In this document: positions 29,880 to 41,319 of the stretch, piece by piece
Position numbering within the stretch: the stretch's first letter is position 1
Layout: every line of letters begins with the position of its first letter
From: Sphingomicrobium sp.
GTDB lineage: Bacteria; Pseudomonadota; Alphaproteobacteria; Sphingomonadales; Sphingomonadaceae
Assembly: GCA_035494075.1 (NCBI GenBank)
Contig: DATJHF010000041.1
Span: 6,237-70,236, forward strand
Direction of reading: 5' to 3'
Length of the DNA: 64,000 nt
The notes under the pieces: generated by a model
Told to the model about the DNA's origin: nothing
Database searches by the model: none
The model's input: the letters and a program-made list of their open reading frames with translations, nothing else
Translations under genes and position numbers: made by a program

Positions 29880-31463
29880 ATGACTGCCGTGACCATGAAG
29901 ACCGTCGAGACGGAAAACGAAGGCCTGAAGCGGGCCTACAAGCTGACCAGTCCCGCCAAGGACATCGACGCGCGCGTCGACGGCGAGATCAAGCGCATTG
30001 CCCCCACTGTTCGGATGCCCGGCTTCCGCCCCGGCAAGGTTCCGCCGAACCTGATCCGCAAGATGCACGGCGAGGCGCTGATGCGCGACGCGCTTGCCAC
30101 TGCCGTCCAGGACAGCGTGCAGAAGCTCCTGTCAGACAAGAAGCTCCGCCCTGCGATGCAGCCGGAAGTCGAGCTCGACGAGGACTATGAGACCGGCAAG
30201 GATGCCGAGGTAAGTGTTCGCCTTGAGACGCTCCCCGAAGTGCCGGCGCCGAAGATCGACGGCCTGAAGCTCGAGCGCTTCAATGTCGAAGTCGACGAAA
30301 AAGCGGTGGACGATCAGCTGAACCAACTCGCCCAGTCGCAGACGCGCTACGAGGATGCAAAGAAGGGCCACAAGGCGGCCAATGGCGACCAGGTGGTGAT
30401 CGATTTTGCCGGCAAGGTCGACGGTGTTGCATTCGAGGGCGGCACCGGAGAAGGCATGGCTGTGGTGCTTGGTTCCGGCCAGCTGATCCCGGGCTTCGAG
30501 GACCAGATGGTTGGCCTCAAGGTCGGCGACGAGAAGCAGCTTAACGTGACCTTCCCAGCCGACTACCAGGCCGAGAATCTCAAGGGCAAGCCGGCCACCT
30601 TTGACGTTAAGGTGACGGCAGTGAAGGTCGCCGGGGAAACCAAGATTGATGACGCCTTTGCCAAGCAGCTTGGGCTCAATGACCTTGAGCAACTGAAAGG
30701 TCTCCTGCGCGACCAACAGCAGCAGGAATTGAACGGACTGACCCGTACGCACATGAAGCGCCGGCTGCTCGACCAGCTTGCCGCCGACCATGACTTCGAT
30801 GTCCCGCCGTCGATGGTCGATGCCGAGTTTGAGAATATCATGGCGCAGCTTCGTCACGAGGCAAGCCACGAAGCCGATCCCGAGGCCGCACTGAAGGAAG
30901 TGGAGGGCGACGCCGAGGAATATCGCAAGATCGCAGTGCGCCGGGTTCGCCTCGGGCTGTTGCTGAGCGAAATCGGCGCTGCCAATGGCATCGAGGTCAG
31001 CCAGCAGGAAATGAATCGGCTGATCGGCCAGGCTGCTGCCCAATATCAGCCGAAGGACCGCGACGCCTTCGTCCGCTACGTCCAACAAACACCGATGGCT
31101 GCCGCGCAACTGCGAGCTCCGCTCTATGAGGACAAGGTTGTCGACTACCTCTTCTCGAAGGCGGACGTCAGCGATCTTACCGTGACCCGCGACGTGTTGG
31201 AGCGCGACCTCGAGAGTGAGGAAGGCCATGTCCATGGTCCGGGCTGCGGCCATGATCATGGGGGCGCCAAGCCCGCCAAGAAGGCCGCTGCCAAGAAGCC
31301 GGCGACGAAGAGCGAAGCGCCGGCTAAGGCCGAGAAGCCGGCGGCCAAGAAAGCGGAGCCAAAGAAGGCCGAAACGGAGAAGGCTGAGCCGAAGAAGGCT
31401 GCAGCGAAGGCTGCTCCGGCCAAGGCAACTGCCAAGAAGCCGGCACCGAAGAAGAAAGCTTAG
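29880..31463 (+). CDS. tig: Trigger factor with C-terminal His/Cys motif and Lys/Ala-rich tail
   Basis: GFRPGKVP ribosome-binding motif, FKBP domain (IDFAGK..FEGG..LIPGFEDQ), RRVRLGLLL. Confidence 0.97.
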   Translation: MTAVTMKTVETENEGLKRAYKLTSPAKDIDARVDGEIKRIAPTVRMPGFRPGKVPPNLIRKMHGEALMRDALATAVQDSVQKLLSDKKLRPAMQPEVELDEDYETGKDAEVSVRLETLPEVPAPKIDGLKLERFNVEVDEKAVDDQLNQLAQSQTRYEDAKKGHKAANGDQVVIDFAGKVDGVAFEGGTGEGMAVVLGSGQLIPGFEDQMVGLKVGDEKQLNVTFPADYQAENLKGKPATFDVKVTAVKVAGETKIDDAFAKQLGLNDLEQLKGLLRDQQQQELNGLTRTHMKRRLLDQLAADHDFDVPPSMVDAEFENIMAQLRHEASHEADPEAALKEVEGDAEEYRKIAVRRVRLGLLLSEIGAANGIEVSQQEMNRLIGQAAAQYQPKDRDAFVRYVQQTPMAAAQLRAPLYEDKVVDYLFSKADVSDLTVTRDVLERDLESEEGHVHGPGCGHDHGGAKPAKKAAAKKPATKSEAPAKAEKPAAKKAEPKKAETEKAEPKKAAAKAAPAKATAKKPAPKKKA

Positions 31464-31487
31464 TCCTTTTCAGGGCAGGGGGACGGA

Positions 31488-32426
31488 ATGAACGTTTCGC
31501 CGGTCATTGCCGTCATCCTTCCCTGCTACAATGAGGAAGCCGCGATCGCTGAGACGGTCGCGGGCTTCCGCGCTGTGCTGCCCAGCGCGACCGTCTACGT
31601 CTACGACAACAACAGCCGCGACCGGACCGTGGAAATTGCTCGCAAGGCTGGCGCTGTCGTTCGGACCGAGCGGCAGCAAGGCAAGGGCCATGTCGTCCGC
31701 CGAATGTTCGCCGACGTCGACGCCGACATCTACGTCATGGCGGACGGCGATCTGACTTATGATCCCAAGGCGGCGCCTGCAATGGTGAAGCAACTCCTGG
31801 ACGAGCAACTCGACATGGTCGTCGGCACCCGCCAGCACGTGGCTGCCGAGGCTTATCGCGGTGGCCACGTAATCGGCAACAAGCTGTTCACCGGACTGCT
31901 GGCGCGACTGTTCGGTCGCAGCTTCACCGATATTTTTTCCGGCTACCGGGTATTTTCGCGCCGCTTCGTCAAAAGCTTCCCAGTGCTTTCCGAAGGCTTC
32001 GAGATCGAGACGGAGATGAGCGTCCATGCGCTGGAGTTGCGCATGCCTGTAGGGGAATTGGTTACTGCTTACGGCACTCGGCCCGAGGGTTCGGCGTCCA
32101 AGCTTTCGACATATCGTGACGGCTGGCGGATCCTGAAGACCATCGGCACACTCTACCGCGTTGAACGGCCCGTGCTTTTTTACGGTGGACTCGGGGCCTT
32201 GCTGGTGATCGCGGCGATCATCCTCGCCGTTCCGCTCGTCCTGACCTATCTCGACACCGGCTTGGTGCCGCGTTTTCCCACCGCCATTCTCGTGACCGGC
32301 ATGGTGATTGTGGCCGTCTTGAGCTTCTTCGCAGGCCTTATCCTGGACACCGTTACCCGCGGCAGGCGTGAGATGCGTCGGCTGGCCTATCTGGCACATC
32401 CTGCTCCGTTTGTGGCAGAAAAGTAA
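31488..32426 (+). CDS. Glycosyltransferase family 2 (DPM1/GtrB-like, two C-terminal TMs)
   Basis: ILPCYNEE, DNNSRDRT, ADGD, DIFSGYR, GFEIETE. Confidence 0.9.
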   Translation: MNVSPVIAVILPCYNEEAAIAETVAGFRAVLPSATVYVYDNNSRDRTVEIARKAGAVVRTERQQGKGHVVRRMFADVDADIYVMADGDLTYDPKAAPAMVKQLLDEQLDMVVGTRQHVAAEAYRGGHVIGNKLFTGLLARLFGRSFTDIFSGYRVFSRRFVKSFPVLSEGFEIETEMSVHALELRMPVGELVTAYGTRPEGSASKLSTYRDGWRILKTIGTLYRVERPVLFYGGLGALLVIAAIILAVPLVLTYLDTGLVPRFPTAILVTGMVIVAVLSFFAGLILDTVTRGRREMRRLAYLAHPAPFVAEK

Positions 32427-32533
32427 CAGCCGCGACCCAATAGTTTCAGGCAGCTAGTCCTCCCTAGCGGATTTGTTACTCTCCCGTTTCAGTGAAAACC
32501 CTCGCGGGATGTCGCTAAACAGGGAGAAAATAG

Positions 32534-35473
32534 ATGAGCCGTTCGACGTTGGCACTTCGTTCCGGGACTGCGCTGGTCGCTTTGATAGTTGGAAGCGCCG
32601 CAGCGGCACAGGATGCGGTGCCTCCTGCGGCATCGCCCTCGACGGTTGCGGAGGCTAGTGAGCCCGAAAACAGAGGCGAGATCGTCGTCACCGGTTCGCG
32701 CATTCGCCGCGATCCGCTCAGCCAGGATTCGCCGGTCATCACGCTTGACCAGGAAGCGCTCGCGAAAACCGGCCTTACGTCAGTTGCTGACATCTTGCAG
32801 CGGCTGCCAAGCGCGGCCGGCGGCCTCAACTCCAAGGTCAACAATAGCGGTAACATCGGCAATCCGCCCGATGGCGGCGGCGTCGGCGCAGGCTCGGCCG
32901 AAATCGACCTTCGTTACTTGAGCTCAAAGCGGACGCTTGTCCTGGTCGACGGCCTGCGTTGGGTCAATGGCACCAGCGCGAGCGGTATTCCCGCCAACGT
33001 CGACCTCAATACCCTGCCATCGAACATGATCGAGCGGGTCGAGGTGCTGCAGGCCGGCGCATCGCCGCTCTACGGTTCGGATGCCATCGCCGGCGTAGTC
33101 AACGTCATTACCGTCTCGCACCAGAAGGGGCTGCGGGCCATGGCCCAATATGGCCAATATCTCGGTGAGGGCGACGGCGAGACGTCAAATTTAGAAGTCA
33201 GCTGGGGTAACGGAACCGACAACCCCATCGATATCGTAGTTGGAGCCGCCTACACCAATCAAAAGGCGGTGCGCACCGCCGACCGCGACATTTCGAGATT
33301 CCCCAATCCTGGACAGACTGCCTGCACGGATCCCATCGGCGGTTGCAGCAGCGCCGCCGCCAACGGCCGCTTTGATACCCGCACAAGTGCGGGTCCCATA
33401 GCCGGCACTCCGTTCGGCAATTTCACGATACACAATGTGCCTGACAGCACGCCGACGTTGGCCGAGCTAGTGCCATTCACAGCTGCCGACCGCTTCAACT
33501 TCGCACCGTTCAACTACCTTCTGACCCCGAACAAGCGCTATGGCGGGTTCGTTTCGGCAAAGGCTTATCTCGGCTCGGATATCAATCTGCGCGTCCGCGG
33601 TTCGTGGAACCGCCGCAAGTCGCAGAACCAGGCAGCGTTCGAGCCGCTATTCATCGGCCCTGACGCCGGCAATGGTGCCGGCAGCCTGTTCGATACACTA
33701 TCGATCGATGTCACCAACCCATTCAACCCGTTCGGGGTCACTCTCGAATCCTGCCGCAACCCGGACGGCACGCCCAAAGGCGGTGGTTGTGTGCAAAATT
33801 ACGGCTTCATCGGCCGCCGCCTGATCGAAGCTGGCCAGCGCACCTTCGACCAGGAGGTCAACACCTACTCACTGACCGGCACCCTCGACGGCAAGCTGCA
33901 CCTGTTCGACCATGAATGGTACTGGGACGTGAACGGGCTGGTTGGAGTGAACAAGGCCAAGCAAAGCTTTACCGGCAACGTTCGCGCTGACCGTGTCGCC
34001 CTGGCGGTGGGCCCAGTCGCGGCCTGTAACGCAACACCGGGCTGCGTCCCGCTGAATCTCTTCGGCGGTGCCGGGTCAATTACGCCGGCCATGCTCGATT
34101 GGATCGGCTTTACCGAGCGTGACGACAGCCGGCAGAAGCTGGCCGCTTTCACGGCCAACCTCACCGGTGACATCGTCGAACTCCCGGCCGGACCAGTCGG
34201 CGTGGCCGTGGGCTATGAACATCGGTTCCAGAGCGCAGCTTTCAACCCGGATCCGCTCACCGCCGCAGGGTTAAGCGCCGACATCCCGGCCCAGCCGGCG
34301 TCGGGCCACTACAATGTCGACGAAATCTATGCGGAAGTCCGGGTTCCGATCCTTAAGGAACAGTCGTTCGCTTATTCGCTCGAAGCCAATGGCGCGGTGC
34401 GTCATTCTGACTATTCGATCAGCGGCGCCAGCACGACGTACACCATCACCGGCCTATACAAGCCAATTCAGGATCTCTTGCTGCGCGGCGCTTATTCGAC
34501 GGGCTTCCGGGCTCCCAGCCTGGGCGAGTTGTTCGGCGGCCGGTCGCGGTTCGACCTGCCGACAGCCGATCCCTGCTCGAATATCGCGGGCTCGCCGTGG
34601 CAGGCCAGCGCCGTCGTTCGCGCCAACTGCATCGCTAATGGTGTTCCGGCAGGCGGAACCTACGCGGAAGATCCGGGACAGGTCCCCGTCATCACTCAGG
34701 GCAATGAGAATCTGAAGCCGGAGAAGTCGAAGAACCTGACATTCGGGATCGTCTATTCGCCCGAATGGGCGCGTAGCGGCGGAAGCAATTTCAACGCCGA
34801 GATCAATTATTACGACATTAAGGTCACGAACGCGATCGCTGCCATCGATCCGCAGGTAACTCTGAATAACTGCGCCCTGCTCGGTGACCCGGCGAGCTGC
34901 GCCTTGATCATTCGTACGTCCAACGGCTTCATCAATGAGATCGACGGCACGCTCGATAACCTCGACAGCATCCGCACCAAGGGCATCGATACGACGATCA
35001 ACTATCGTTCGCCGGCAACGTCGGCCGGGCGTTTCGGCGTGACGGTCAATGCCACCCACTTGATCAAATATGTGCTGACCGCTTCGGACGGCTTCGTTGT
35101 GATCAATCGCAAGGGAACCGAGCGGGGCAGCCCGGATCAGGCCTATCCGAAGTGGAAGGGCAATGCGACGCTCGACTGGAACCTGGGCGACTTCGCCGCG
35201 TCCGTTACCGGCCGCTATATCGACCACGTGACCGAGGTTGGCGGCCCGAATGGGACCAACAAGCTCAACAGCCGCTTCTACACCGACTTCCAGTTCGTCT
35301 GGACGCCGTCGATGCCGACCTTCGATCAAAGGTGGGCATTCACGGTTGGTGTAAACAACCTGTTCGACAAGGACCCGCCCGGTTGCTTCTCGTGCAGCGG
35401 CGGCAACTTTGATCCGACCACCTACGACATACCTGGCCAGTTCGGTTACGCACGCATCAGCTACAAGATGTAG
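32534..35473 (+). CDS. TonB-dependent receptor
   Basis: Signal peptide, TonB box EIVVTGSRI, plug motifs RTLVLVDG and [24 protein letters not shown]-terminal [11 protein letters not shown]. Confidence 0.95.
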   Translation: MSRSTLALRSGTALVALIVGSAAAAQDAVPPAASPSTVAEASEPENRGEIVVTGSRIRRDPLSQDSPVITLDQEALAKTGLTSVADILQRLPSAAGGLNSKVNNSGNIGNPPDGGGVGAGSAEIDLRYLSSKRTLVLVDGLRWVNGTSASGIPANVDLNTLPSNMIERVEVLQAGASPLYGSDAIAGVVNVITVSHQKGLRAMAQYGQYLGEGDGETSNLEVSWGNGTDNPIDIVVGAAYTNQKAVRTADRDISRFPNPGQTACTDPIGGCSSAAANGRFDTRTSAGPIAGTPFGNFTIHNVPDSTPTLAELVPFTAADRFNFAPFNYLLTPNKRYGGFVSAKAYLGSDINLRVRGSWNRRKSQNQAAFEPLFIGPDAGNGAGSLFDTLSIDVTNPFNPFGVTLESCRNPDGTPKGGGCVQNYGFIGRRLIEAGQRTFDQEVNTYSLTGTLDGKLHLFDHEWYWDVNGLVGVNKAKQSFTGNVRADRVALAVGPVAACNATPGCVPLNLFGGAGSITPAMLDWIGFTERDDSRQKLAAFTANLTGDIVELPAGPVGVAVGYEHRFQSAAFNPDPLTAAGLSADIPAQPASGHYNVDEIYAEVRVPILKEQSFAYSLEANGAVRHSDYSISGASTTYTITGLYKPIQDLLLRGAYSTGFRAPSLGELFGGRSRFDLPTADPCSNIAGSPWQASAVVRANCIANGVPAGGTYAEDPGQVPVITQGNENLKPEKSKNLTFGIVYSPEWARSGGSNFNAEINYYDIKVTNAIAAIDPQVTLNNCALLGDPASCALIIRTSNGFINEIDGTLDNLDSIRTKGIDTTINYRSPATSAGRFGVTVNATHLIKYVLTASDGFVVINRKGTERGSPDQAYPKWKGNATLDWNLGDFAASVTGRYIDHVTEVGGPNGTNKLNSRFYTDFQFVWTPSMPTFDQRWAFTVGVNNLFDKDPPGCFSCSGGNFDPTTYDIPGQFGYARISYKM

Positions 35474-35490
35474 CAACGCCTCTGAGGTAA

Positions 35491-35556
35491 GGCGGCTCTT
35501 CGGAGCCGCCGAACGGGGGAGGGCGGTCAGGCCTGTTCTGGCCGCCTTTTCCTTTG
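35491..35556 (+). terminator. Tandem hairpins/terminator after the TonB-dependent receptor
   Basis: GGCGGCTC-TTCG-GAGCCGCC (35491-35510), then GGGGGAGGGCGGTCAG...CTGGCCGCCTTTTCCTTT. Confidence 0.7.
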
Positions 35557-35571
35557 ACCTCATGATCGAGG

Positions 35572-35600
35572 CTTGAACCTTTACCGCTTCCGCCCGATGT
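35572..35600 (+). promoter_or_regulatory. Putative RpoH (sigma32) promoter of clpP
   Basis: CTTGAA-N16-CCGATGT. Confidence 0.65.
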
Positions 35601-35633
35601 AGGGCGCCAGGCAATCAAGGACCCGCAATTCCC

Positions 35634-36287
35634 ATGGATCATCAAGACATCGTTTCCGGCCTCGTCCCGATCGTCATCGAGCAGTCGAACCGGGGCGAAC
35701 GCAGCTTCGACATTTATTCCCGGCTGCTGAGGGAGCGGATCGTCTTCATCACCGGTCCGATCGAGGACCATATGGCCTCGCTGATCACCGCCCAGTTGCT
35801 CTTCCTCGAGTCCGAGAACCCGAAGAAGGACATCTTCATGTACATCAACTCGCCGGGCGGCGTGGTGACCGCAGGCCTCGCGATCCATGACACGATGCAG
35901 TACATCCGGCCCAAGGTCAGCACCGTCTGCATCGGCCAGGCGGCCTCCATGGGCAGTTTCCTGCTCTGCGCGGGTGAGCCCGGAATGCGCATCGCCCTGA
36001 CCAACAGCCGGATCATGGTCCACCAACCTTCGGGCGGCGCCCAGGGCATGGCGTCGGACATCGAGATCCAGGCGCGCGAGATCCTGCGCATGCGGACCCG
36101 CCTCAACACGCTCTATGCCAAATATACCGGCCAGCCGATCGAGGCGATCGAGACGGCGATGGACCGCGACAAATTCCTCGAGGCGGACGAAGCCAAGGAG
36201 TTCGGGTTGATCGACGAAGTATTCGATCGGCGGCCCGATGCGGCCGACGGCGATACGACAGGAGCCGCAGACATCACGCCGGCATAA
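35634..36287 (+). CDS. clpP: ATP-dependent Clp protease proteolytic subunit
   Basis: [36 protein letters not shown]. Confidence 0.98.
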   Translation: MDHQDIVSGLVPIVIEQSNRGERSFDIYSRLLRERIVFITGPIEDHMASLITAQLLFLESENPKKDIFMYINSPGGVVTAGLAIHDTMQYIRPKVSTVCIGQAASMGSFLLCAGEPGMRIALTNSRIMVHQPSGGAQGMASDIEIQAREILRMRTRLNTLYAKYTGQPIEAIETAMDRDKFLEADEAKEFGLIDEVFDRRPDAADGDTTGAADITPA

Positions 36288-36334
36288 TCGGCGCTGTCGT
36301 CCGTCGGGTCTGTCGCCTGACCAACCAACCCGCC

Positions 36335-36363
36335 CTTGCCCCTTGTGCCCGGACGTTCCATAT
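36335..36363 (+). promoter_or_regulatory. Putative RpoH promoter of clpX
   Basis: CTTGCC-N16-TCCATAT. Confidence 0.5.
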
Positions 36364-36485
36364 TTGGGACAGGCACTTGGAACCGATAAAGTCGTTAACC
36401 CATCTGCCAGTTTGATTGTGCGATAAACCGGTTTAGCATGACCGGCGGCTGCCAGTGCGGCCTGTTGCGAAGACAAGGGACCTGA

Positions 36486-37763
36486 ATGACCAAGCTTTCC
36501 GGCGGCGGCGACAGCAAGAGCACGCTTTACTGCAGCTTCTGCGGCAAGTCGCAGCACGAGGTCCGCAAGCTGATCGCGGGCCCGACCGTCTTCATCTGCG
36601 ATGAATGCGTCGAACTGTGCAACGATATCATCCGTGAGGAAACCAAGTCGGCGCTGGTCAAGACTCGCGATGGAGTTCCGACGCCGTCCGAGATTTACAA
36701 GGTGCTTGACGACTATGTGATCGGACAGCAGCGCGCCAAGCGGGTCCTGTCGGTTGCCGTCCACAATCATTACAAGCGGCTCGCCCACGGCTCCAAGACC
36801 GGCACGGACGTCGAGCTCGCGAAATCTAACATTCTCCTGATCGGGCCGACCGGCTGCGGCAAGACCTTGCTGGCGCAGACGCTCGCCCGCATCCTCGACG
36901 TACCGTTCACGATGGCCGACGCGACGACGCTGACCGAGGCAGGCTACGTCGGTGAAGACGTCGAAAACATCATCCTGAAGCTGCTTCAGGCATCTGACTA
37001 TAATGTCGAAAAAGCGCAGCGCGGCATCGTCTACATCGACGAAATCGACAAGATCAGCCGTAAGTCGGACAATCCTTCGATCACCCGCGACGTGTCGGGC
37101 GAGGGCGTCCAGCAGGCGCTGTTGAAGCTGATGGAAGGCACCACCGCCTCTGTCCCGCCGCAGGGTGGCCGCAAACATCCGCAACAGGAATTCCTGCAGG
37201 TCGACACGACCAACATCCTGTTCATCTGCGGCGGCGCCTTTGCCGGTCTCGACAAGATCATCGGCGACCGGCTGCAAGGCAAGTCGATCGGCTTCGGCGC
37301 GCACGTCGCGGCGCCCGAGGATCGACGCCAGGGTGAGTTGTTGAAGGCCACGGAGCCGGAGGATCTTCTGAAGTTCGGGCTGATCCCCGAGTTCATCGGC
37401 CGCCTGCCGGTGATCGCCACGCTCGAAGACCTCGACGAAGAAGCGCTGGTCAAGATCCTGGTCGAACCTAAGAACGCCCTGGTGAAACAATATCAGAAGC
37501 TGTTCGACATGGAGGATGTCGAGCTCGGCTTCTCCGACGAAGCGCTTCACGCGGTCGCCAAGAAGGCGATCGAGCGCAAGACGGGCGCCCGGGGCCTTCG
37601 TTCGATCCTCGAGGGAATTTTGCTCGACACCATGTTCGACCTGCCGTCGATGGAAGGAGTCGACGAGGTCCACATCGACAAGGACGTCGTCGCCGGGACC
37701 AAGGATCCTGTTCGGGTCTACGCCAAGAAGGAAAAGGCCGCCTCTTCAGGCGACGCGGCCTAA
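36486..37763 (+). CDS. clpX: ATP-dependent Clp protease ATP-binding subunit ClpX
   Basis: Zn finger CSFCGK...[31 protein letters not shown] loop. Confidence 0.98.
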   Translation: MTKLSGGGDSKSTLYCSFCGKSQHEVRKLIAGPTVFICDECVELCNDIIREETKSALVKTRDGVPTPSEIYKVLDDYVIGQQRAKRVLSVAVHNHYKRLAHGSKTGTDVELAKSNILLIGPTGCGKTLLAQTLARILDVPFTMADATTLTEAGYVGEDVENIILKLLQASDYNVEKAQRGIVYIDEIDKISRKSDNPSITRDVSGEGVQQALLKLMEGTTASVPPQGGRKHPQQEFLQVDTTNILFICGGAFAGLDKIIGDRLQGKSIGFGAHVAAPEDRRQGELLKATEPEDLLKFGLIPEFIGRLPVIATLEDLDEEALVKILVEPKNALVKQYQKLFDMEDVELGFSDEALHAVAKKAIERKTGARGLRSILEGILLDTMFDLPSMEGVDEVHIDKDVVAGTKDPVRVYAKKEKAASSGDAA

Positions 37764-37766
37764 TCC

Positions 37767-38276
37767 GTGGCAACGATCCAGCCGCCCGCACGGCTGTTCG
37801 ACGACAATTTCCTTAAATTCTTGCCTTCGCCGCTGCGCGAACCGCGGCGGGCGTGGCTTGCTATACTGATTGGGGCGGCGCTGACGATTGCGGGCAGCCT
37901 GGCTCTGGCAGCCGTCTCCAAGGCAATTGCGCCGGACCTACCGACACCCGCCTTTCCAGTAAAGGGCCCGACGGCGCTTTTCCTGCTGGTGGCGTTTGCG
38001 CCTTTAGTCGAGACGCTGATCATGGCGGGTTTTCTCTCCCTATTCCTGCGCTTCCTGCCGCCCGCGGCGGCAATCCTGTTGAGCGCCGCAGGCTGGGGCG
38101 TGGCCCATTCTTTGGAGGCGTTGGGCTGGGGCTTGGTCATCTGGTGGCCGTTTCTGATCTTCTCCACATTGTTCGTCGTATGGCGTCAGCGTGGTTTCTG
38201 GACCGGGTTCGGAGTGGCGGCCGCAACCCACGCGCTCCAAAATCTCGGCCCCGCTCTGAAGGTTGCATTCGGCTAA
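37767..38276 (+). CDS. CPBP/Abi-like small intramembrane protein (degenerate motifs)
   Basis: 5-6 TMs, APLVET, WGVAHS, HALQN. Confidence 0.65.
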   Translation: MATIQPPARLFDDNFLKFLPSPLREPRRAWLAILIGAALTIAGSLALAAVSKAIAPDLPTPAFPVKGPTALFLLVAFAPLVETLIMAGFLSLFLRFLPPAAAILLSAAGWGVAHSLEALGWGLVIWWPFLIFSTLFVVWRQRGFWTGFGVAAATHALQNLGPALKVAFG

Positions 38277-38279
38277 GGC

Positions 38280-38309
38280 GTTGCGCTCGTTCAAGGCGCC
38301 GCCCATATA
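38280..38309 (+). promoter_or_regulatory. Putative RpoH-type promoter of lon (predicts a leaderless transcript)
   Basis: GTTGCG-N16-CCCATATA ending 6 nt before ATG 38316; no SD. Confidence 0.55.
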
Positions 38310-38315
38310 CCGACC

Positions 38316-40718
38316 ATGACAACTCGCACCCTTCCGGTTCTCCCCCTCCGCGACATCGTCGTTTTTCCGCATCGCATCGTCCCGCTGTTCGTTGGGCGCG
38401 AAAAGTCCGTTGCTGCGCTTGAGGCCGCGATGGCGGCCGACAAGGAGCTGTTCCTGGTCGCCCAGCTCGATCCGTCGGAAGACGATCCCGACCGCGACGC
38501 GCTCTATGATCTTGGCGTTATCGCGACTGCCATGCAGCTGCTCAAGCTGCCGGATGGCACAGTGCGGGTGCTGGTTGAAGGTGCCAAGCGCGCTCGCCTG
38601 GTAAGCTTGGGTGAAGCCAATGGTCATCAGCAGGCAGAAGTTGAGCTGGTAGAGGAAGAAGAAGCATCTGGGCCTGAATCCCAGGCGCTGATGCGCTCGG
38701 TAATCGACCAGTTCGACAATTACGCCAAGCTCAATAAGAGACTGCCGGCCGAGACTTCGATGCAGCTTGGCGAGATAGAAAACCCGTCAATCCTCGCCGA
38801 TGCGGTCGCCTCCAACCTGTCGATCAAGGTCAGCGATAAGCAGGCGCTGCTCGGTGAGCTCAATCCAGCGCGGCGATTGGAAATGGTATTCGCCTTTATG
38901 GAGGGCGAACTCGGGGTCCTGCAGGTCGAGAAGAAGATCCGGAGCCGGGTCAAGCGGCAGATGGAGAAGACCCAGCGCGAATACTATTTGAACGAGCAGC
39001 TGAAGGCGATCCAGCGCGAACTCGGCAATGAGGCGGAGGAGGGTGGCGACGAGCTCAATGAGCTCGCTGCAAAGATTCGCAAGACTCGCCTTTCCAAGGA
39101 AGCGCGCAACCGCGCCAATGCCGAGCTGAAGAAGCTGCGCGGCATGGCGCCCATGAGCGCTGAGGCCACCGTCGCCCGCAATTACCTCGACATCTTGCTC
39201 GGCCTTCCCTGGGGCAAGAAATCGCGGTTGAAGCGGGACATCGCCGAGGCGCAGCGAGTGCTCGACGAAGACCATTATGGCCTGGAGAAGGTCAAGGACC
39301 GGATCGTCGAATATCTGGCTGTTCAGGCCCGCACCAACCGCCTCAAGGGCCCCATCCTGTGCCTGGTCGGACCTCCCGGCGTGGGCAAGACATCGCTTGG
39401 CCGCTCGATTGCACGGGCCACCGGCCGCGAATTCGCCCGCCAGTCATTGGGCGGAGTGCGGGACGAGGCCGAGATCCGCGGTCACCGCCGGACTTACATC
39501 GGTTCGCTTCCGGGCAAGATTATCGCCAACCTGAAGAAGGCTGGCACCTCGAATCCACTGTTCCTGCTCGATGAGATCGACAAGCTCGGCACGGACTTTC
39601 GTGGCGATCCAGCCTCAGCATTGCTCGAAGTGCTGGACCCCGAGCAGAACAGCCGCTTCCAGGACCATTACCTCGAGCTCGACTACGATCTTAGTGACGT
39701 CATGTTCGTCACGACCGCCAATTCGCTCGACATGCCGCAGCCGCTGCTCGACCGCATGGAGATCATTCGGCTCGAGGGCTATACCGAAGACGAGAAGGTG
39801 GAGATCGCCAAGCGCCACCTTATCCCCAAGCAGATCGAAGCACACGGGCTTAAGGACGGCGAGTTGATCTACTCGGACGAGGGGTTGCGCGCGATCATTC
39901 GCCATTACACGCGCGAGGCCGGCGTTCGCACGTTGGAACGGGAATTGGCCAAGATTGCCCGCAAGTCGCTTCGCCAGATTCTCGAAAAGAAGACCGAGAC
40001 AGTCACCCTGACCGGCGAGAATATTGGCGAGTTCCTGGGTGTTCGCCGCTTCCGTTACGGCGTTGGCGAGGAAGAGGATCAGATCGGCGCAGTTACCGGA
40101 CTGGCCTGGACCGAGGTCGGCGGCGAGCTCCTGACGATCGAAGCGGTCACAGTGCCGGGCAAAGGTCTGATCAGGACCACCGGTAAACTCGGCGAAGTGA
40201 TGACGGAATCGATCCAAACCGCCATGAGCTTTGTCAAGGCGCGCTCGCCTAGCTATGGCGTTAAGCCATCGATCTTTGCGCGCAAGGACATCCACGTCCA
40301 TCTGCCCGAAGGCGCGGTGCCGAAGGATGGACCGTCGGCCGGCATCGGCATGGTCACAGCGATGATCTCGACGCTCACCGCAATTCCGGTCAGGCGCGAT
40401 ATCGCCATGACCGGCGAGGTTACGCTACGCGGTCGCGTGCTGCCGATTGGCGGTCTCAAGGAGAAGCTGCTGGCTGCGCTGCGCGGGGGCATTCGTACCG
40501 TCTTGATCCCGGCAGAAAATGAAAAAGACCTGGCGGAGATTCCGGCATCGGTGAAGGAAGCGCTGGAAATCGTGCCGGTCAGCCATGTTGACGAGGCCTT
40601 GGCCCGGGCGCTTGCCCAGCCGATGGTTCCGATCGAATGGACTGATGCCGACGAACAGGCGACCGAACCGGTGGTACATCCCTCCGTTAGTGGTGAAGGG
40701 CCGGCCGTTCGTCACTAA
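38316..40718 (+). CDS. lon: Lon protease
   Basis: [40 protein letters not shown]. Confidence 0.98.
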   Translation: MTTRTLPVLPLRDIVVFPHRIVPLFVGREKSVAALEAAMAADKELFLVAQLDPSEDDPDRDALYDLGVIATAMQLLKLPDGTVRVLVEGAKRARLVSLGEANGHQQAEVELVEEEEASGPESQALMRSVIDQFDNYAKLNKRLPAETSMQLGEIENPSILADAVASNLSIKVSDKQALLGELNPARRLEMVFAFMEGELGVLQVEKKIRSRVKRQMEKTQREYYLNEQLKAIQRELGNEAEEGGDELNELAAKIRKTRLSKEARNRANAELKKLRGMAPMSAEATVARNYLDILLGLPWGKKSRLKRDIAEAQRVLDEDHYGLEKVKDRIVEYLAVQARTNRLKGPILCLVGPPGVGKTSLGRSIARATGREFARQSLGGVRDEAEIRGHRRTYIGSLPGKIIANLKKAGTSNPLFLLDEIDKLGTDFRGDPASALLEVLDPEQNSRFQDHYLELDYDLSDVMFVTTANSLDMPQPLLDRMEIIRLEGYTEDEKVEIAKRHLIPKQIEAHGLKDGELIYSDEGLRAIIRHYTREAGVRTLERELAKIARKSLRQILEKKTETVTLTGENIGEFLGVRRFRYGVGEEEDQIGAVTGLAWTEVGGELLTIEAVTVPGKGLIRTTGKLGEVMTESIQTAMSFVKARSPSYGVKPSIFARKDIHVHLPEGAVPKDGPSAGIGMVTAMISTLTAIPVRRDIAMTGEVTLRGRVLPIGGLKEKLLAALRGGIRTVLIPAENEKDLAEIPASVKEALEIVPVSHVDEALARALAQPMVPIEWTDADEQATEPVVHPSVSGEGPAVRH

Positions 40719-40805
40719 GTCCTTTGACTTGCGGCCAAGAAATTGCCTTAAGTTAGCCGCTGTTCTGGCTCGCGAGTCTCGCGGCGCTCATCCGGGAGTT
40801 TGGAC

Positions 40806-41078
40806 ATGAACAAGCAGGAACTCATCGGCCATGTTGCGGATCGGGCCGGCCTTTCCCGCAATGACGCGAGCCGGGCGGTCGAAACGATGCTCGAGGTAAT
40901 CACCTCGACCCTCAAGCGGGGCGATGAAGTCCGTTTGGTTGGCTTTGGCAATTTCTCGGTCACTCGCCGCAAGGCGTCGACCGGCCGCAACCCGCGGACT
41001 GGAGAGCCGATGCAAATCAAAGCGACATCGCAGCCCAAATTCCGCCCGGGCAAGGTGCTGAAAGACGCCGTTCAATAG
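40806..41078 (+). CDS. hup: DNA-binding protein HU
   Basis: MNKQELI...LVGFGNF...GRNPRTGE...PKFRPGK. Confidence 0.96.
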   Translation: MNKQELIGHVADRAGLSRNDASRAVETMLEVITSTLKRGDEVRLVGFGNFSVTRRKASTGRNPRTGEPMQIKATSQPKFRPGKVLKDAVQ

Positions 41079-41150
41079 TTTCTCTGTGGGAGCTTGGTGG
41101 CGGCTGGACAGGCGCTTGCCGCTCGCCTAATGGCCCTGCTCCTCCGGCGG

Positions 41151-41225
41151 GGGCGCGTAGCTCAGTGGTAGAGCACACCCTTCACACGGGTGGGGTCGTA
41201 GGTTCAATCCCTACCGCGCCCACCA
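41151..41225 (+). tRNA. tRNA-Val (CAC)
   Basis: Acceptor GGGCGCG/CGCGCCC, anticodon arm CACCC-TTCACAC-GGGTG, GTTCAAT, CCA. Confidence 0.97.
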
Positions 41226-41319
41226 TGCCAAAGCGCAAGCTGTCCTTGGATAGCCGAGCAGCGGCATCGGTCGCCTAGCCGCTCTCCTCCAACCTTGCCC
41301 CGAAAGGCTCATGCGGACG

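Noticed and set aside
31260-31460. Short tandem DNA repeats in tig and SPOR/RHH linkers as possible CRISPR or VNTR
   Set aside because: They are codon repeats of low-complexity protein linkers; there is no repeat-spacer structure and no cas gene
35457-37673. 738-aa minus-strand ORF and other long antisense ORFs (e.g. 10511-11848, 17741-18970, 30132-31259, 54752-55903)
   Set aside because: Shadow frames opposite clearly identified genes; expected from high-GC codon bias; no recognisable motifs
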